Numbered from the stretch's first letter, positions 50,870 to 64,000 are shown. The stretch is 64,000 nt of DNA from Ginglymostoma cirratum (GCA_024137785.1 JAHRHZ010000038.1:6631887-6695886), one strand, 5' to 3'. Translations and numbers: made by a program. The notes: generated by a model not told the origin, from the sequence alone.

Positions 50870-53800
50870 CACTTGAAGTATAAAAGTCATAAAATTCACA
50901 TGGTTTATGGCATCAACTGAAGCTTAGTTACATAATTGCCTTGCTACTCATTTCCCACCATTTGTTATCACTGCAATTTGTGGTCATATTTCCGAAAGGA
51001 GATATGTTTTTATTTTCATAGACCTCTGACGGGATGATATTGAGATTACTGGCAGATATAAAAGGCGAAGAATGCTCTTTTTTAAGGGTCCTATGTTTTG
51101 AAACATTCAATTTGAAAAGTTCTATGCAAAACATGTTTCTTGATAGTTGTTGTATGAACTCTTTAGACTACTGCTCAGAGTAAGCTAGATTTGCTGCAAC
51201 CATTCTTTTACTGGGTAGAGAACAACATGAGCTACTTGGTTTAGTGTTGCAGAAGAAAGCCACTTGGTAGTTGAATAAGAAGTAGCTCTTAAACTGAGTC
51301 TATTCCATTATAGCAAGTGTGGAGAAGTTACACCAATGTGATAGATATTGTTGCAGACACTGAATAAAAACTCAATGGTAGGTCTTACTCCTTTGAGATT
51401 CTCAGCTGTTCTCTGCACAGATCTACATGACATTATCATTATGAGTTATACTCAAGGCGGTACTCAGTATTAACCTTTCCAGGCCCATGAATCGTCAGAG
51501 AAAATCTTCTTCTCCTAACCCAAGCTTTTATTTTCCATTATTATTATTATTTATACATCTTTTACCACTACTCCAACTCCCCCAAGTCTGTGACTTTGTA
51601 AAATCAGGTGGTATGGAGGTTAAGTATCTTCTCAGAACACAGTCTTTTGGATGGGGAAGATTGGTAAGTCTCTGAGTTGAAGCTTGTTGGCTATGATTCT
51701 GTTCCTAACAGGTATGTTTTGGAAGTTCCTTTAAACTGGAGGAGCTTTAAACTCTTAGTTTCCCTCCCCAGAGGGCGTCCTTCTTGCCTTCTCAGTGATG
51801 GTTTCCATGGAGTTGTGTGCATCACATCTTCAGTCTGTGTTAGCAGATTGAGATTTTTCTTCTCAATCTGCCAGTAAATCTGTGCTAAAGTGTGTAGACT
51901 TGTTACTTCCAATTGTTATCAGCTTTGATACTTTTATTCACCCTCAGTGATTGCATTTCTGATGAAACTAGCATGCTTGTTTTCTTAATCATACAATTTG
52001 TGGATTGCTTTTTGGTTAGCACTGATCTCTGCCATTTCTGGAAGTTAAAGAAATTAAATTCTTTGTTTGAACTTGTATCATCTGAATCACTTTGACACCT
52101 GACGTCATTCTTAAATCTGTCATTATTCTTTGTTCATCAAATTAATTTGTACTCTGAATTATATGAAAGATTCATCAATGAATTCGATGGGATATGCTGC
52201 TCATTGGCTATCTGGTTGCACTTGTTTTCTCACAAACATTACTGATTCTTGCAATCTGAACCCGTTTCATTGTTGATAGCAGTGGAAAGCATTTCTGCCG
52301 AATCAGTACAGTCTTGATGACAGAAACAAATTTCTTATGCCAATTTAAATAATCTCAATGGACTATGTCTTCTATTTGCAATTCACTATGAGTCTAGAGA
52401 GCCCCATGAAACCCTTTCACTGTTTGTTCCACGACTGACAATTTGGATACTGAATGTAAGGTAACAAGGCGTGGGGCTGGATGAACACAGCAGGCCAAGC
52501 AGCATCACAGGAGCAGGAAAGCTTGACGTTTCGGGCCTAGACCCTTCATCAGAAATGGGGGAGGGGAAGAGGGTTCTGAAATAGATAGGGAGAGAGGGGG
52601 AGGCGGATAGAGGATGGATAGAGGAGAGGATAGGTGGAGAGGAGGCAGACAAGTCGAAGAGGCGGGGATGGAGCCAGTCAAGGTGAGTGTAGGTGGGGGG
52701 TAGGGAGGAGATAGGTCAGTCCACGGAGGACGGACAGGTCAAGAGGGCGGGATGATGTTAGTAGATAGGAGATGGGGGTGGGGCTTGAGGTGGGAGGAGG
52801 GGATAGGTGAGAGGGAAAACAGGTTAGGGAGGTGGAGATGAGCTGGGCTGGTTTTGGGATGTGGTAGGGGGAGGGGAGATTTTGAAGCTTGTGAAATCCA
52901 CATTGATACCATTGGGCTTCAGGGTTCCCAGGCTGAATATGATTTGCTGTTCCTTCAGCCTTCGGGTGGCATCACTATGGCATTGCAGGAGGCCCAGGAT
53001 GGACATGTCGTCTGAAGAATGGGAGGGGGAGTTGAAATGGTTCGCGACTGGGAGGTGCAGTTGTTTGTTGCGAACTGAGCGCAGGTGTTCTGCAAAGCGG
53101 TCCCCAAGCCTCCGCTTGGTTTCCCCGATGTAGAGGAAGCCACAACGGGTACAGCGGATGCAGTGTACCACATTGGCAGATGTGCAGGTGAACCTCTGCC
53201 TGATGTGGAAAGTCTTCTTGGGGCCTGGGATTGGGGTGAGGGAGGAGGTGTGGGGGCAGGTGTAGCACTTCCTGCGGTTGCAGGGAAAAGTGCCGGGTGT
53301 GGTGGGGCTGGAGGGGATTGTGGAGCGGACAAGGGAGTTGCGGAGGGAATGGTCCCTCCGGAAGGCAGATAAGGGTGGGGAGGGAAAAATGTCTTTGGTG
53401 GTGGGGTCTGATTGCAGATGGCGGAAGTGTCGGAGGATGATGCGTTGGATCCTGAATGTTCCTTGACTTGCTGTTCCACGACTGGTTGTTCCTGGACCAG
53501 TTCTTTCTTGACTATAACTCATTTTTGTCTGCTATTTGAAGATTGTTGAAGCCAAGACACACATTCATATTCGAGAGTGAGAATTCTTGATATTGAAATA
53601 CATTTTGATTTACTGTTTGATACACCTTGTGTTGGAGAGTTGCTTGGAGCATACCTAATCTTCAGTGCTTTCTTCCTGGACTGTATAGTTGCACCATTGT
53701 CAGCTGTTGATGGCGTGTTTTCATCCATAATTCATTATCTGATAACAGTGTCACTCCCCTCTGTGTCAAGCTTGAATTTAGCGTGATGATCATTAACAGA

Positions 53801-54150
53801 AATATCTTAATGCCAGGAGATGAAGTTAGATCACTATTTACCTTAGGAATACCATTGGATTTTCTTCTACAGTAACCTCATGAATTGACTGTAATAAATG
53901 TGATAAAGACTCATCAGCAATTTCAACAATTCTGTCCCTTACAAGTTCTGACTTCAAATCTCCATGGATGCATTGTTCCTTAAACTGTAGAGATCATTAA
54001 TGAAATTATCTATGTATGCTTTGGGTGTTGCGTTTTTCCATGAAGTCTTGCTCTCTCTTTTCTTTTTGTTCTGAGGTTAAAGTAATTGTCAAAGGCTGTT
54101 GAAAATTCACCCAAAGTATCTATTGCTTCTTTTAAACTTGTAATGTTAGG
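50870..54150 (-). mobile_element. Decayed Gypsy-type LTR retrotransposon internal region (gag and protease recognisable)
   Basis: Minus strand ~54110-53860 reads AFDNYFNLR...ERAR...IDNFINDLYSL..CIHGDLKSELVRDRIV..IADESLS; ~53815-53750 reads ISVNDHHAKFKLDTEG (cf. FKLDTGA). The left boundary is a guess. Confidence 0.7.
52458..53451 (-). mobile_element. Young 5'-truncated Penelope-like element with open GIY-YIG endonuclease frame
   Basis: CNRRKCYTC...NVVHCIRCTRCGFLYIGETKRRLGDRFAEH...RLKEQ...PNGINVDF; TSD CTGAATGT at 52450-52457 and 53452-53459; hammerhead core at 52525-52552 (-). Confidence 0.95.
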
Positions 54151-57100
54151 CTCAGAAACAATATCTTCAAACCAGACCATTAAGGGTTGGTCATTAAGGA
54201 TTAATTAGACATGACAATGAGCAATTTAAGAAAAGTGGAAAAGTGCATGAAAAAACAGACACAATGCAAAAACAACCTGCTTTAGCTGGAAGAAAACTGC
54301 AATGAACTTGTCTTGACTTGGAAACAGGCTACTTTGCAATGACACCTGGATTTGTTTGTGATCACCAAGAACAGAGGAATACTTGGGAAAGTACACAGGA
54401 ATGGCAATATAGCACATGATATCAGATTCAGAATAGTATTAATTTTGGGACTTTTCCCAGCTTGGAGGATCTTGGAGGGGTTTGCGAGGCTGGGACCGTG
54501 GAAATTAAAATAGAGTGCTATTAAAAGTGCTATTAAAAGGAAATTAAAAGTGCTAGCTGACACCCAGGGGTCCCCAGAGGACAGAAGACAGTGAGTCTCA
54601 CCTGTTGAATATGTCTAAAGTAGTTTAAGCTAATAGGTTTGTTCATTAGTTTGCACATATCTAAATTCGATTAAGCTAATAAAGTTGTTTTATATCAAAG
54701 TCAATTTTATTTATTTTGATCAGACCTTAAAGAACCTGTTCAACACTTTTGGCCTAATAGTGCAACACCTTGTTGAGTTATAATGTCACCGACTGTAAAA
54801 AAATTAATTTGTTCAACCTCTGATTTGGAATCTAAGTTGGAAATTTTTCTATTTCTTTATATTTGTTTTCTTCAAGATATCTAGCACTGGTTTATTTGAC
54901 CAATCTTTGAAATGAAATCACCCTAGAATATCAAGCCTGATGCCATGTCTTTCTGATATGATTATTTATTTTTCTCATATTAAAACTTTTAGTTTCGCAC
55001 AATAGCAATGCCGTTGCTGTGGAATGCTGTACTGAGGGATTTTCCTTTGTGTTTGGAGGATTCCAGCCTTTTATGTATAAAATGGAAGATTTAGTGCCTT
55101 TTCCATGGATTCTCTGGATAAATATTGGTAATTGTGCCCTTACTAAATAATTTCAATATCTTTAACAACTTTACTGAATGAATCCCACTGTAATGGATCT
55201 AATAAACTATTGTCACTTTAATCAAAATTTCAGCAAATGACTCTACCTATTTGAGGCTTGAATAAATACCTCCTGCCTTTACCACGCTTCTGTGGTACCC
55301 TAACTTTCTTCTGAGATTACACCTTGTCTGTTTAGGCTTTCATAATGCCCATTTATCACTTCAGTTCTGTTTTTATCATTTTCTCCGGTCTGCAAAGACA
55401 TTTTCAATTGTTTTTGCGGCTCTGATATTCCTTACTTTAGATATGACTTGTGGAAACCACTTACTATGGTGGAAATGATCAAAATGACCTGTTGGTACTT
55501 CTCTGACTTTCCACTTTCCTGTCTGTAAATTTACACTACTTATTAAAAATTTACCCTTGTCCATCAGACCTTTGTCACGTAACCTCCAATGTTCGGCTGA
55601 ATGCCAAACTTGGACCTGCTCCTACAGATCCCCAGGACCTGATGCAATCTGCAACTTCTTGGAGTGACAAAATCTCCAGCTCCAGGGATTTCCAAATACA
55701 ATGCTGCCTCTGTCTTGCCAGACATGAAATACCTTTTCAATTGACTATGGATTCTGTCTTGTTGAATCATTTGTTTCTTTCATGGGGTATGGGTGTTTCT
55801 GGCTGGACCAGCATTTATTGCCTATGCCTATTGCCCTTGAGAAGGAGATGGTGAGCTACCTTGAACATTTGCCAGCCATTTGGTGTAGGTCGACCAACAA
55901 TGCCCTCTTGCCATGAGTTTCTCTTCTTTCAGTTTCATGAGTGTTCAGCTGTTTCAGCTGCTGTCTGTTTGTCTGTCTTAGCAGTCTTAAAGCTGTGTCT
56001 GACGAGCTGTTTATACTTTCTCTGCTGTTAACATTGTAGGAGATAACTAAGTGGAATCCGTATTGTTTTACCACCATTTTTTATGAGCAATTTCTGCTAT
56101 CATGTTGTGTGAGTTCTGTGTAGCATTGCTCACCAGAGGATAGATTTACTGCAACCATCCTCTTTCAGGATTTACATTCACATGCTTGGTCTAGAATGGT
56201 AGAAGAAAACTATTTGGTAATCTAATGAGAAGAGACTCCTGAAAAAATGCTGTGTGTTTCATGTTAATAACAATGTACAAGTTACACTGATATGACTGAC
56301 ATTGTTACAGAATAAGGAAGATCCAGATGGTTGATCTCAGTCCTTCACGATCCTAAGCTGTTCTCACCACAAGTTTGCATTACATCATCACTGTGGATAG
56401 TACTTAAGGCATTCCTCAGTACTAATCCTTTCAGACCCTTACATTCTTATCCAACATCATGAGTTTCAGACTTTAGCCTTGATAATATAATGGTAGATTG
56501 GGTGCTTCTCTGCAAGGAAGTGATTACAAAGTCAAGATAACTGAACTTCATTTTAAACTCCCAATAATTAGTAATACCTATGATTTGGTAAGTATTTTCC
56601 TAGTCAATGTCTTTTTATTCTTAACTGCTAGTTACAGAGATATGTCGGCAGAACATTTTAATATTATCTCTTAGAACTGGATCTAACGGATCAGTGGTTA
56701 ACAAAACTTTCAGACCGATTTAATAGCAAGGCTGAATATAATAATTGCAGAGCATAATGGTCTCTATTCTGTTCAATACACAAATATTCTTGAAGTTGTG
56801 GTGAAGTCTCAACTCAATGCCTATACTTCCTGGGAATTGGAGCAACGAACAGGAGAATCGAAAGGAAGCAAAAACCAAGAAAGGAGAACAGAGTGTGAAA
56901 CAGAAACAAAACTAAGATGGAAAACTAAAGTAAAAATACTAAATTAGAAACTGTTTTAACTCTGAACAATGTCAAATGCCTTGGTACCAAAATTCATTAT
57001 TGTGTGTGTTAATGTTGTGAATTACATGCTACCTTTCTGTTACAATCTTCACATTTAATATACAAAGGATTACACATGAACTGCAATGCAGTGATGTTTT

Positions 57101-58564
57101 GAAATTGGCAGAGGATAATCAGCAGTCCAAGAATTAAGTATTTTTCCCCTTCAGTTGGTATTCACAGTCTCATGTAGGCTACAAAGCAGAATGTCATGAC
57201 CAGAGTTCCTTTCTCATCAAGCCCACCATCAGGTTGGAGATTTTTATTTGACTTCCTGCATGTAGTACTGTCAGCTCGACGAGTGTGGAAGTCCATCCCA
57301 CTATCTCCTTAGTTACCAAGAGCTATTTTTCTATGTTGTTCAAGTCACTTGTGGACTGTGAACCTATTCACCTCGAAAATGTGGAAAGTCAAAATAGCCC
57401 AAGTTTTATTGTGAGTTTGTCACCATCCCGGCTGCTTTCAACATTGATTTCCTTTGACACAAAGCCCGGTTTCCTCATTCAGCCTAGCAGCAATGTTCGA
57501 TATTTCATTTGAGAGTGTTAATCGCATTACCATCCTTGACGTTTTACAGATATCATATTATAGGCAGAAATTTGGCGAATTATTGCAGGCGTAATGTATA
57601 GCTTGTGATCAGCAGTTGGAATTGAAGGGTACTTAATACATGCTGGCCAGCCAGTGTTGCCAATGTTCCACGAGTGAATAAAAAGAAATACTGGCTTATC
57701 AGAAAAAGCAGTGAGTTGGGTTGTTCTTCAGACACGATGTAAAATTGTAAAGGAGCTTCTGACAGACTGTTTTTTTTATCAGTGCAATATAGGACTGATA
57801 AAATGTTACATTTTCACAGTCTGCTTTTGGCTTGAGCAAGAGGCCAGGAAGCATTTCAAATAAAGCAAATGTTGAGTTATAAATTGGGACTATCGATATG
57901 TAAATGTACTTGTGTGATACAGTGTCTTTAAACTTCACAGCATGAAATTTAAGAATCTCAAAGATATGCTGATTGAGTTCCGTTCGGAAAATGTAGTTCA
58001 ATGATCTGCAACATAAAGGATTCCACCTTTATGAATATTGTACTTTGTTGTAACTAATAATTGAAGAATTATTGTAGTAAAAATGCAAAGAGAGTGAAAT
58101 TTTGTGTTTTATGGATGTGGTATTTACATTCCAGCATTTCAGTGAAACTCAGATTAATCCCCTCACATTGTAAGCTGTGGCCCTTGAAATGACTGGGATC
58201 TTAGAACATTGGCAGCATTGATCACAGAACAAGACACGTTCCATATGGTGGGCATATTGTGCATTGTTTTATTCACAAAACCATAGACAATTAGCAATAG
58301 TATGCTACATAAACAGTATGATAGCAGAGAATACTAAAATTCCATCGCATCGTACCACATAATGGTAAGATTCAGGTTACCCACTAGTCTCAGAAATTTA
58401 CGTGGTGTGAGTTCCTGATCTCAAGTGTACTGTTGTGATAGACAGAGTGAAGAAGGAGCAGAAACCAGGCACTTTCCCATGTCCAATAGTTGGAAAATAA
58501 ACATCAGATGGAAAGGCACCGTATCATCGACTGCTATCAGGCACCAGCTTTGGTTATATCACAT

Positions 58565-59985
58565 TAGAACATAGAACATAGAACATTACAGGGCAGTACA
58601 GGCCCTTCGGCCCTCGATGTTGTGCCGACCTGTGAAACCAATCTGAAGCCCATCGAACCTGTACTATTCCATGAGATTCAGTTCTGGCATTATACCTCAA
58701 GAATACATTGGTATGAAGGAGTATGGTATAGATTCAACAGAAATTATTAACTTATAATGATCTGAAGAGGCTGCATAAATTTAACTTGTATTTCTTTGAG
58801 TTTAGATGATTGAGGTGTATAGTACGAGGATAGATACAGATAAACTAAGAAACATAAAGGCTAGAAGCTGGAGTAGGCCATTCAGCCCTTCGAGCCTGGT
58901 CTGTCATTCAGTATAATCATGGCTGATCCTCTACCTCAACACCATATTCTTGCTTTCTCTTCATACCCCTTTGATGCCTCTAAAATCTAAAAAAATTATC
59001 AATCTCTTTCTTGAATATATTCAGTGATCCAGTCTCCACAGCCTTCTATCATAGCAAATTCTATAGGTTGACAAGCCTTTGGATGAAGAAATGTTTCCGC
59101 ATCCCAGACCTGAATGGCCTGCTCTAGATCCTGAGACTGTGACCAACTGGTCACAAGTCCTTAACCAGGGGAAACATCCTCCCTGCATCTAGTCTGAATA
59201 ACCCTGTTAGAGTTTTATATATTTCAATCAGACCCCCTCTCATTCTTCTAAACTATAGTGAATACAAGTGCCCGAAACGTCAGCCTTCCTGCTCCTCTGA
59301 TGCTGCTTGGCCTGCTGTGTTTATCCAGCTCTACACCTTGTTATCTCTGCAATTGAACAATCTCAGGTATCAGTCTAGTGAACCTTTATTACACTCCTTC
59401 CATGGCAAGAATATCTCCTGCTGTTGCATTCAGTCCCCCTCATTAAAAAAAATTCTATTTAGTTTCCTGATTACTTGTTGTCCCTGTGTACCAATATTGT
59501 GTGATTCATGCATTAGGACACCCAGATCTCTCTGTATCTTAGAGCTCTAAAACCATTCACCATTTAAACAATATGTTTCTTTTTTATTTTTTCTATTAAA
59601 GTGAACAATTTCACACTTTACCACATTACATTTCATTTGTGAAATCTTTGCCCACTCACTTAACTTATATCCATTTGTAGGCTCATTATCTCCTTATGGA
59701 TACAATCCTTAAGTTAAAGCTAGGCCTTTCAGAAATGAATTCAGGAAGTACCTTTTCCACACAAAAAATTGAAATACATGGATATGTAAGACCAAGGGTG
59801 CTTATTTTCAATTGAAATTGTGAAGGCTGTGATTGATAGACCATTGTTAGGTAAGGGTTTCACTGGATATGGATCAAAGGCAGGTAAGTGGAGCTGAAGC
59901 ACAGATCAACTAAGATCTAATTGAATAGAAACAGCTTGGGGGCCTGAATGTCCTGAATGGCGGACTTGTATTCCTATGTTCCTCT
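58565..59985. mobile_element. Nest of CR1 fragments in both orientations plus a PLE stub (~59270-59348)
   Basis: tagaacatagaacatagaac antisense tail at 58565; second antisense tail from ~58845; sense tail ending gtattcctatgttcct at ~59985. Confidence 0.8.
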
Positions 59986-60099
59986 GATAATTGAGTAGAA
60001 AGGGCCTAGGGTTTCAAGCAGGAAAGAAGTGGAGAAAATTAAATAAATTAAGGGAGGAATTTGTACCTAATTTACCCATTCTAATATTTTTCTTAACAC

Positions 60100-62000
60100 T
60101 GTATTTGTAATCGGCATTTTGTTATAACTCTGTGCAGCTGTTTCGCAGGGAAGTCCTTGTCAGGAACATATCTCTGAGAAATGATCAAAGTTTTGTGACA
60201 AACAGGTTATTCACCCAACAGGAAATGATTACGGATGTTTTTGGCCCGGAAACATCTGACTCCAGAGATACCACCTTTGTTTTGATTTCTTTTTAATTTA
60301 AAAGGCTGTTGTTGACTCACTTCGAAAAAGGAAGAGTTACCCTAATTAACAGACAATAACAGCAACAATTACCATGCAGCTGACCTACAAGCACTTTGAT
60401 ATCTTTTCAATGATTCTGTTTTAAAAAGAGAATTTAAACAATCTGACCTTTATTCAATAGGGTGCACTATTTGAACATGAGAGGTACTGTGACTGAGAAA
60501 GCAATTACCTGTTTTAGTTCACTATCACCAGACCGTTCAAAGTTAAGGCTTTCATTTCTGCCAGTATCGTAAGCATTTTGTTTTATTTTAGGAGTGAGAT
60601 TACAGAAAAATCATTTCGTTGAAATAATAGGAATGAATAAGGACTCTAATTAACATTGTTATTAATTAACATTTAGGCAGTTGTACTTTATATTTTCCAT
60701 TCTAAAAGCCATGTACAGGTGTTGAGAGCTCTAATAAGTTAACAATGACAATTCTTTTGTATTACCTGGCAGCAAATTAGAGAATGGTAATATCAGTGTT
60801 GTAGGAGCAAGTTTCATGAGCCTACTTCCAGTTAAGGAAGTGTCTGTAGCATTTGAGAAAGAATCACAAAGAAGGAGAAAATGAAAGTTACGAGTGGCTT
60901 GTGTTTTAAAAATTCCAAAGTAGTTCCCATTTCCCAGGCAGTGAAGTAAAACATTATGAGATAATGTTAGAGTGAGACTTAGAAATCCCTTAGCCTTTGA
61001 GGAATTGTCTTTTTAATCAGTTACAAAATATCTAATATTGTTCCACCCACAAGTCTAAGACTACATATGCGCTCTTATCCATTTTAATCCCTGTGTTTGA
61101 AAGCAGTATATTAGAATGGTTTTAAGATCAATTCAACCCACAAGGATTTAAAATCTTTTCTCTAAGTAGTGGCAAGTAGCGTTTGCTCCTTTTCATTTTC
61201 ATGGAAATGCGCCTGCAGTTTGTAAACGATGAACTACTCAGAGAGTGACTGAGCGAGAGAGAGGATTGTGTAACTTGAATTCACTCCCTGCTGATCGGAG
61301 AATTGATATCATACCCTTCATTATATTGTTAGGCAGAGGAGTGCTCCCGCTGTGCATCATCAATTGCGACAGCTGAGATCAGTGGAATCCATAAAATCTG
61401 ATTCCAAATTTTCCTTCTGACGAGTGCTACTTGACAGGCTACAAACAGCAAGTCTCTCCCCGTCCCTGCACCACTCTCCCCACACTCCTCCCCCGACCCC
61501 CAAAGCTACACAGTGGGGTAGGTAGTCTCTTCAGTAATAAATATGCCTTGAGATAATTGGTATGAAAACAACACTTGTGCAGTATATAACGTTTTATGGC
61601 TGTTTCATGTACTTTATTATAATACTAATGAGAGGTTGTATATCAAAGTTAACTACATGCAAGATTAGCTTGTTAGAGGGATCAAGCTCTGTATGTCGAT
61701 AGACAGCTTTCCCTTCATTTGCACTTGGTAATTAGTATGCAAATTATACAGAGGACCACACAAGTTCTAGTATATTACAACAGCTTTATTATGCTTCTGT
61801 GAAGATGAGACACAAACAAGCTATGACGGGATTTATAAGGGCACCTTCCTCACAGTAAATGCTAGTATGAGGTGTGCTGAGCAGAAGCTTTCTTTTGAAT
61901 AGGCCCCCAAATCACGTTAAATGCAACCAGACAGCGGGATTCATCCAAAAGACTTATATGCGCATTTTCAAATTCTTCCCACCACCACCCTGAAATGGAT
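60100..62000. promoter_or_regulatory. Third candidate CNE cluster
   Basis: Transposon-free; contains TAATTAGTATGCAAAT (homeodomain plus octamer) near 61730 and GATCAAAG near 60184. Confidence 0.4.
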
Positions 62001-62769
62001 GGGAAATGTGTCCATTTGTCATTTAAAAAAACAATTAGTGCAACAATTTTGAAATTATTATTAAACAATTATTTATGTCCCTTACATTTTGCATTAAGGA
62101 ACATAATATGTTTAACAGCCGTTTAAGTTTTTGACTTATTGGACGTGAACAGTTTTAAGGAACTTTATTACATGGATTTGCTTGCGTCGTGACCATATTT
62201 TGTGACTCTTTAATAGAATACCTTGTGTTAATTTTATCTACTTTACTTGCTATTGTTTCCTTTTGAAATTTTATTCAATTATAATCAAACTTCATAGCAG
62301 TAAGAAACCAATGAATAAAAGAGACCATAAACTATCTGCCAAAACAGGAATAAGTAAGCACTAAAATAGCTGAGTGCCAGGCAGTTTTAGTAAAGTGTTC
62401 CTAGCTGCTACAGATCACTGCATCACAAGCCTGATGTCAGCTCCAAAATGTACCACAGGAGACTCATTATGAAAAGCAAATATTATTTCACAGAGAAATG
62501 ATTTATAACAGAGAAAGATTTTTTCTGCTTTTTGTATGAGTGTTATTTACAATCTAGACATATGGCAAGTTGTGGTGATGAAGCATAGTCAAAAGATTCT
62601 TGATTCTGCCTGTGTATTTCTCTGTCTTTTTTGTGTCAGAAACTCTGTCTCTTGCTTTTATTACAGAATGAATACAGTATGGGTTGCGTTCTGGAATGCA
62701 ACATAATTTGGGCTTTACAATGGAAAACTCCAAGATAAAAGCAGTTACACTAAGATATGGTTCTATTCC

Positions 62770-63475
62770 AGTTTCACTATAATATTGCAGCCTGCAATTA
62801 TCTACCATTACTTCCCATTACTTTATGCTCTTGTCCTTGCCAACACACAAAATTCAAAATTGTCATCACCAATTTCAAATCTCTCCATAGATACATCAGT
62901 GCCTATCTCAGCAGTCTCCTCCATCCTACATCTAAATGGTACTGCTCTTCATACCCTGGTTTCCTTTGCATTCCTGACCTGTCTCCGTTTTATTGTCAGT
63001 GGCAAACCTTTACATTATCCAGACATGGCACTCTGGAATTCATTCCTTAAATCCTTCAAACTTGCTTCTTCCCATCCATCTTCAAATACCTGCTTCCAAT
63101 TTGTTTGTCTTTGAATATACATTTGCACACTCATGTGCAATCAACGACAAATCAGCATCCTACTTTTACTGACACAATTAAAGCAACAATGTAAGGAACG
63201 TTTTATGTTAATTTGATACAGAGATAACATAATAATATAGTAAAATCCTTCTATAGTTTCTTTTATATTCCCTTTTACACTTCTAAAAAATCCCTTTATT
63301 GTTTTCATCAATGGAAACAATCAATGATTTCAAAAGGAAATTGGATAGACACTTGCAAGGAACAAAGTTGTAAGGCTTTGGATAGAAAGCATGGAAACAG
63401 GAATGGCTGTCTAATCCTACACAAAGCCAGCATGAACTTGACAAAAGAAATGCCCTCTTTCTGTTCCAATATGAC
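62770..63475 (+). mobile_element. L2-like 3' remnant followed by a CR1 3' remnant
   Basis: ttcaaatctctccatagatacatcagtgcctatctc...ctctggaattcattcctta (L2-like); ttcaaaaggaaattggatagacacttg (CR1). Confidence 0.6.
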
Positions 63476-63849
63476 TTTATGGTACCATCGAAACCACAAG
63501 TCCAGACTGATAAAAATGAAGTGAATTAGTGCAGAACTTCCAATGTTTCTAATGTGATTATTCATGTTGTTCTCACTTTCATTAGGCTTTAACATTGTTC
63601 AATTTAAGAAGGTAGTTAAGGCATCCTTACCCCAACACTGTGTTGCTAGGGATTTGACTCCAAGGATGTAGATTTTGAAATTTACCAGCAATACTTGAGA
63701 TCCGTTGTGTACCTTTATGGTAAAGCCATCCATGCTTTGGGAAACATATTGCAATGCTTGTGATTCCTACCATTTTAAATGTTAATGAATTAAATCCAAA
63801 CTTTCCCACGCATACTAACATTAACACTAAAAGACACCCCAAAGCACTT

Positions 63850-63895
63850 GATAACAAGCATGGGGCTGGATGAACACAGCAGGTCAAGCAGCATC
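63850..63895 (-). mobile_element. Very young PLE terminal fragment cut by an assembly gap
   Basis: gataacaagcatggggctggatgaacacagcaggtcaagcagcatc is identical to 34063-34108. Confidence 0.9.
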
Positions 63896-63995
63896 NNNNN
63901 NNNNNNNNNNNNNNNNNNNNNNNNNNNNNNNNNNNNNNNNNNNNNNNNNNNNNNNNNNNNNNNNNNNNNNNNNNNNNNNNNNNNNNNNNNNNNNN
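63896..63995. other. Assembly gap (100 N)
   Basis: Seen directly. Confidence 1.
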
Positions 63996-64000
63996 TGATA

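Larger units (their letters stand above)
881..64000 (+). other. RNF220: Very large RNF220 intron (runs past the window end)
   Basis: GT donor at 881. No sequence encoding the expected continuation (CKKK...FDSQAPICPIC, recalled from human) is seen downstream. Confidence 0.85.

Noticed and set aside
52861-53479. Several overlapping alternative-frame ORFs
   Set aside because: Shadow ORFs of the GC-rich Penelope endonuclease region.
54200-54700. Possible LTR or LINE 5' end with short agtgctattaaa repeats
   Set aside because: Could not be matched to a second LTR or assigned to a family by eye.
1-64000. CRISPR arrays, prokaryotic operons, rRNA/tRNA genes
   Set aside because: None seen; the sequence is a vertebrate intron and its repeats are dispersed transposon copies, not spaced arrays.

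Overview
This is vertebrate genomic DNA from a cartilaginous fish. That is inferred from the HE1/V-SINE, CR1 and Penelope repeat content; a carpet shark is plausible. The only host coding sequence is the first coding exon of RNF220 (+ strand; exon 140-880, ATG at 253, phase-1 donor at 881). The other ~63 kb is one intron and the next exon is not reached. The intron alternates between repeat-free blocks that look like conserved non-coding elements and dense nests of transposons: CR1, L2, RTE, Vingi-like, SINEs, a Gypsy relic, three intron-containing PIF/Harbinger Myb-gene relics and many Penelope-like (PLE) fragments with minimal hammerhead-ribozyme cores. Most notable observations: (1) back-splicing the 741-nt AUG-containing exon would create a TGA stop exactly at the junction; (2) very young, near-identical hammerhead-bearing PLE copies lie in both orientations in the same pre-mRNA; (3) several nested insertions can be reconstructed exactly from target-site duplications (TSDs). 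All calls were made by eye without database searches, and repeat boundaries are approximate unless a TSD is given.
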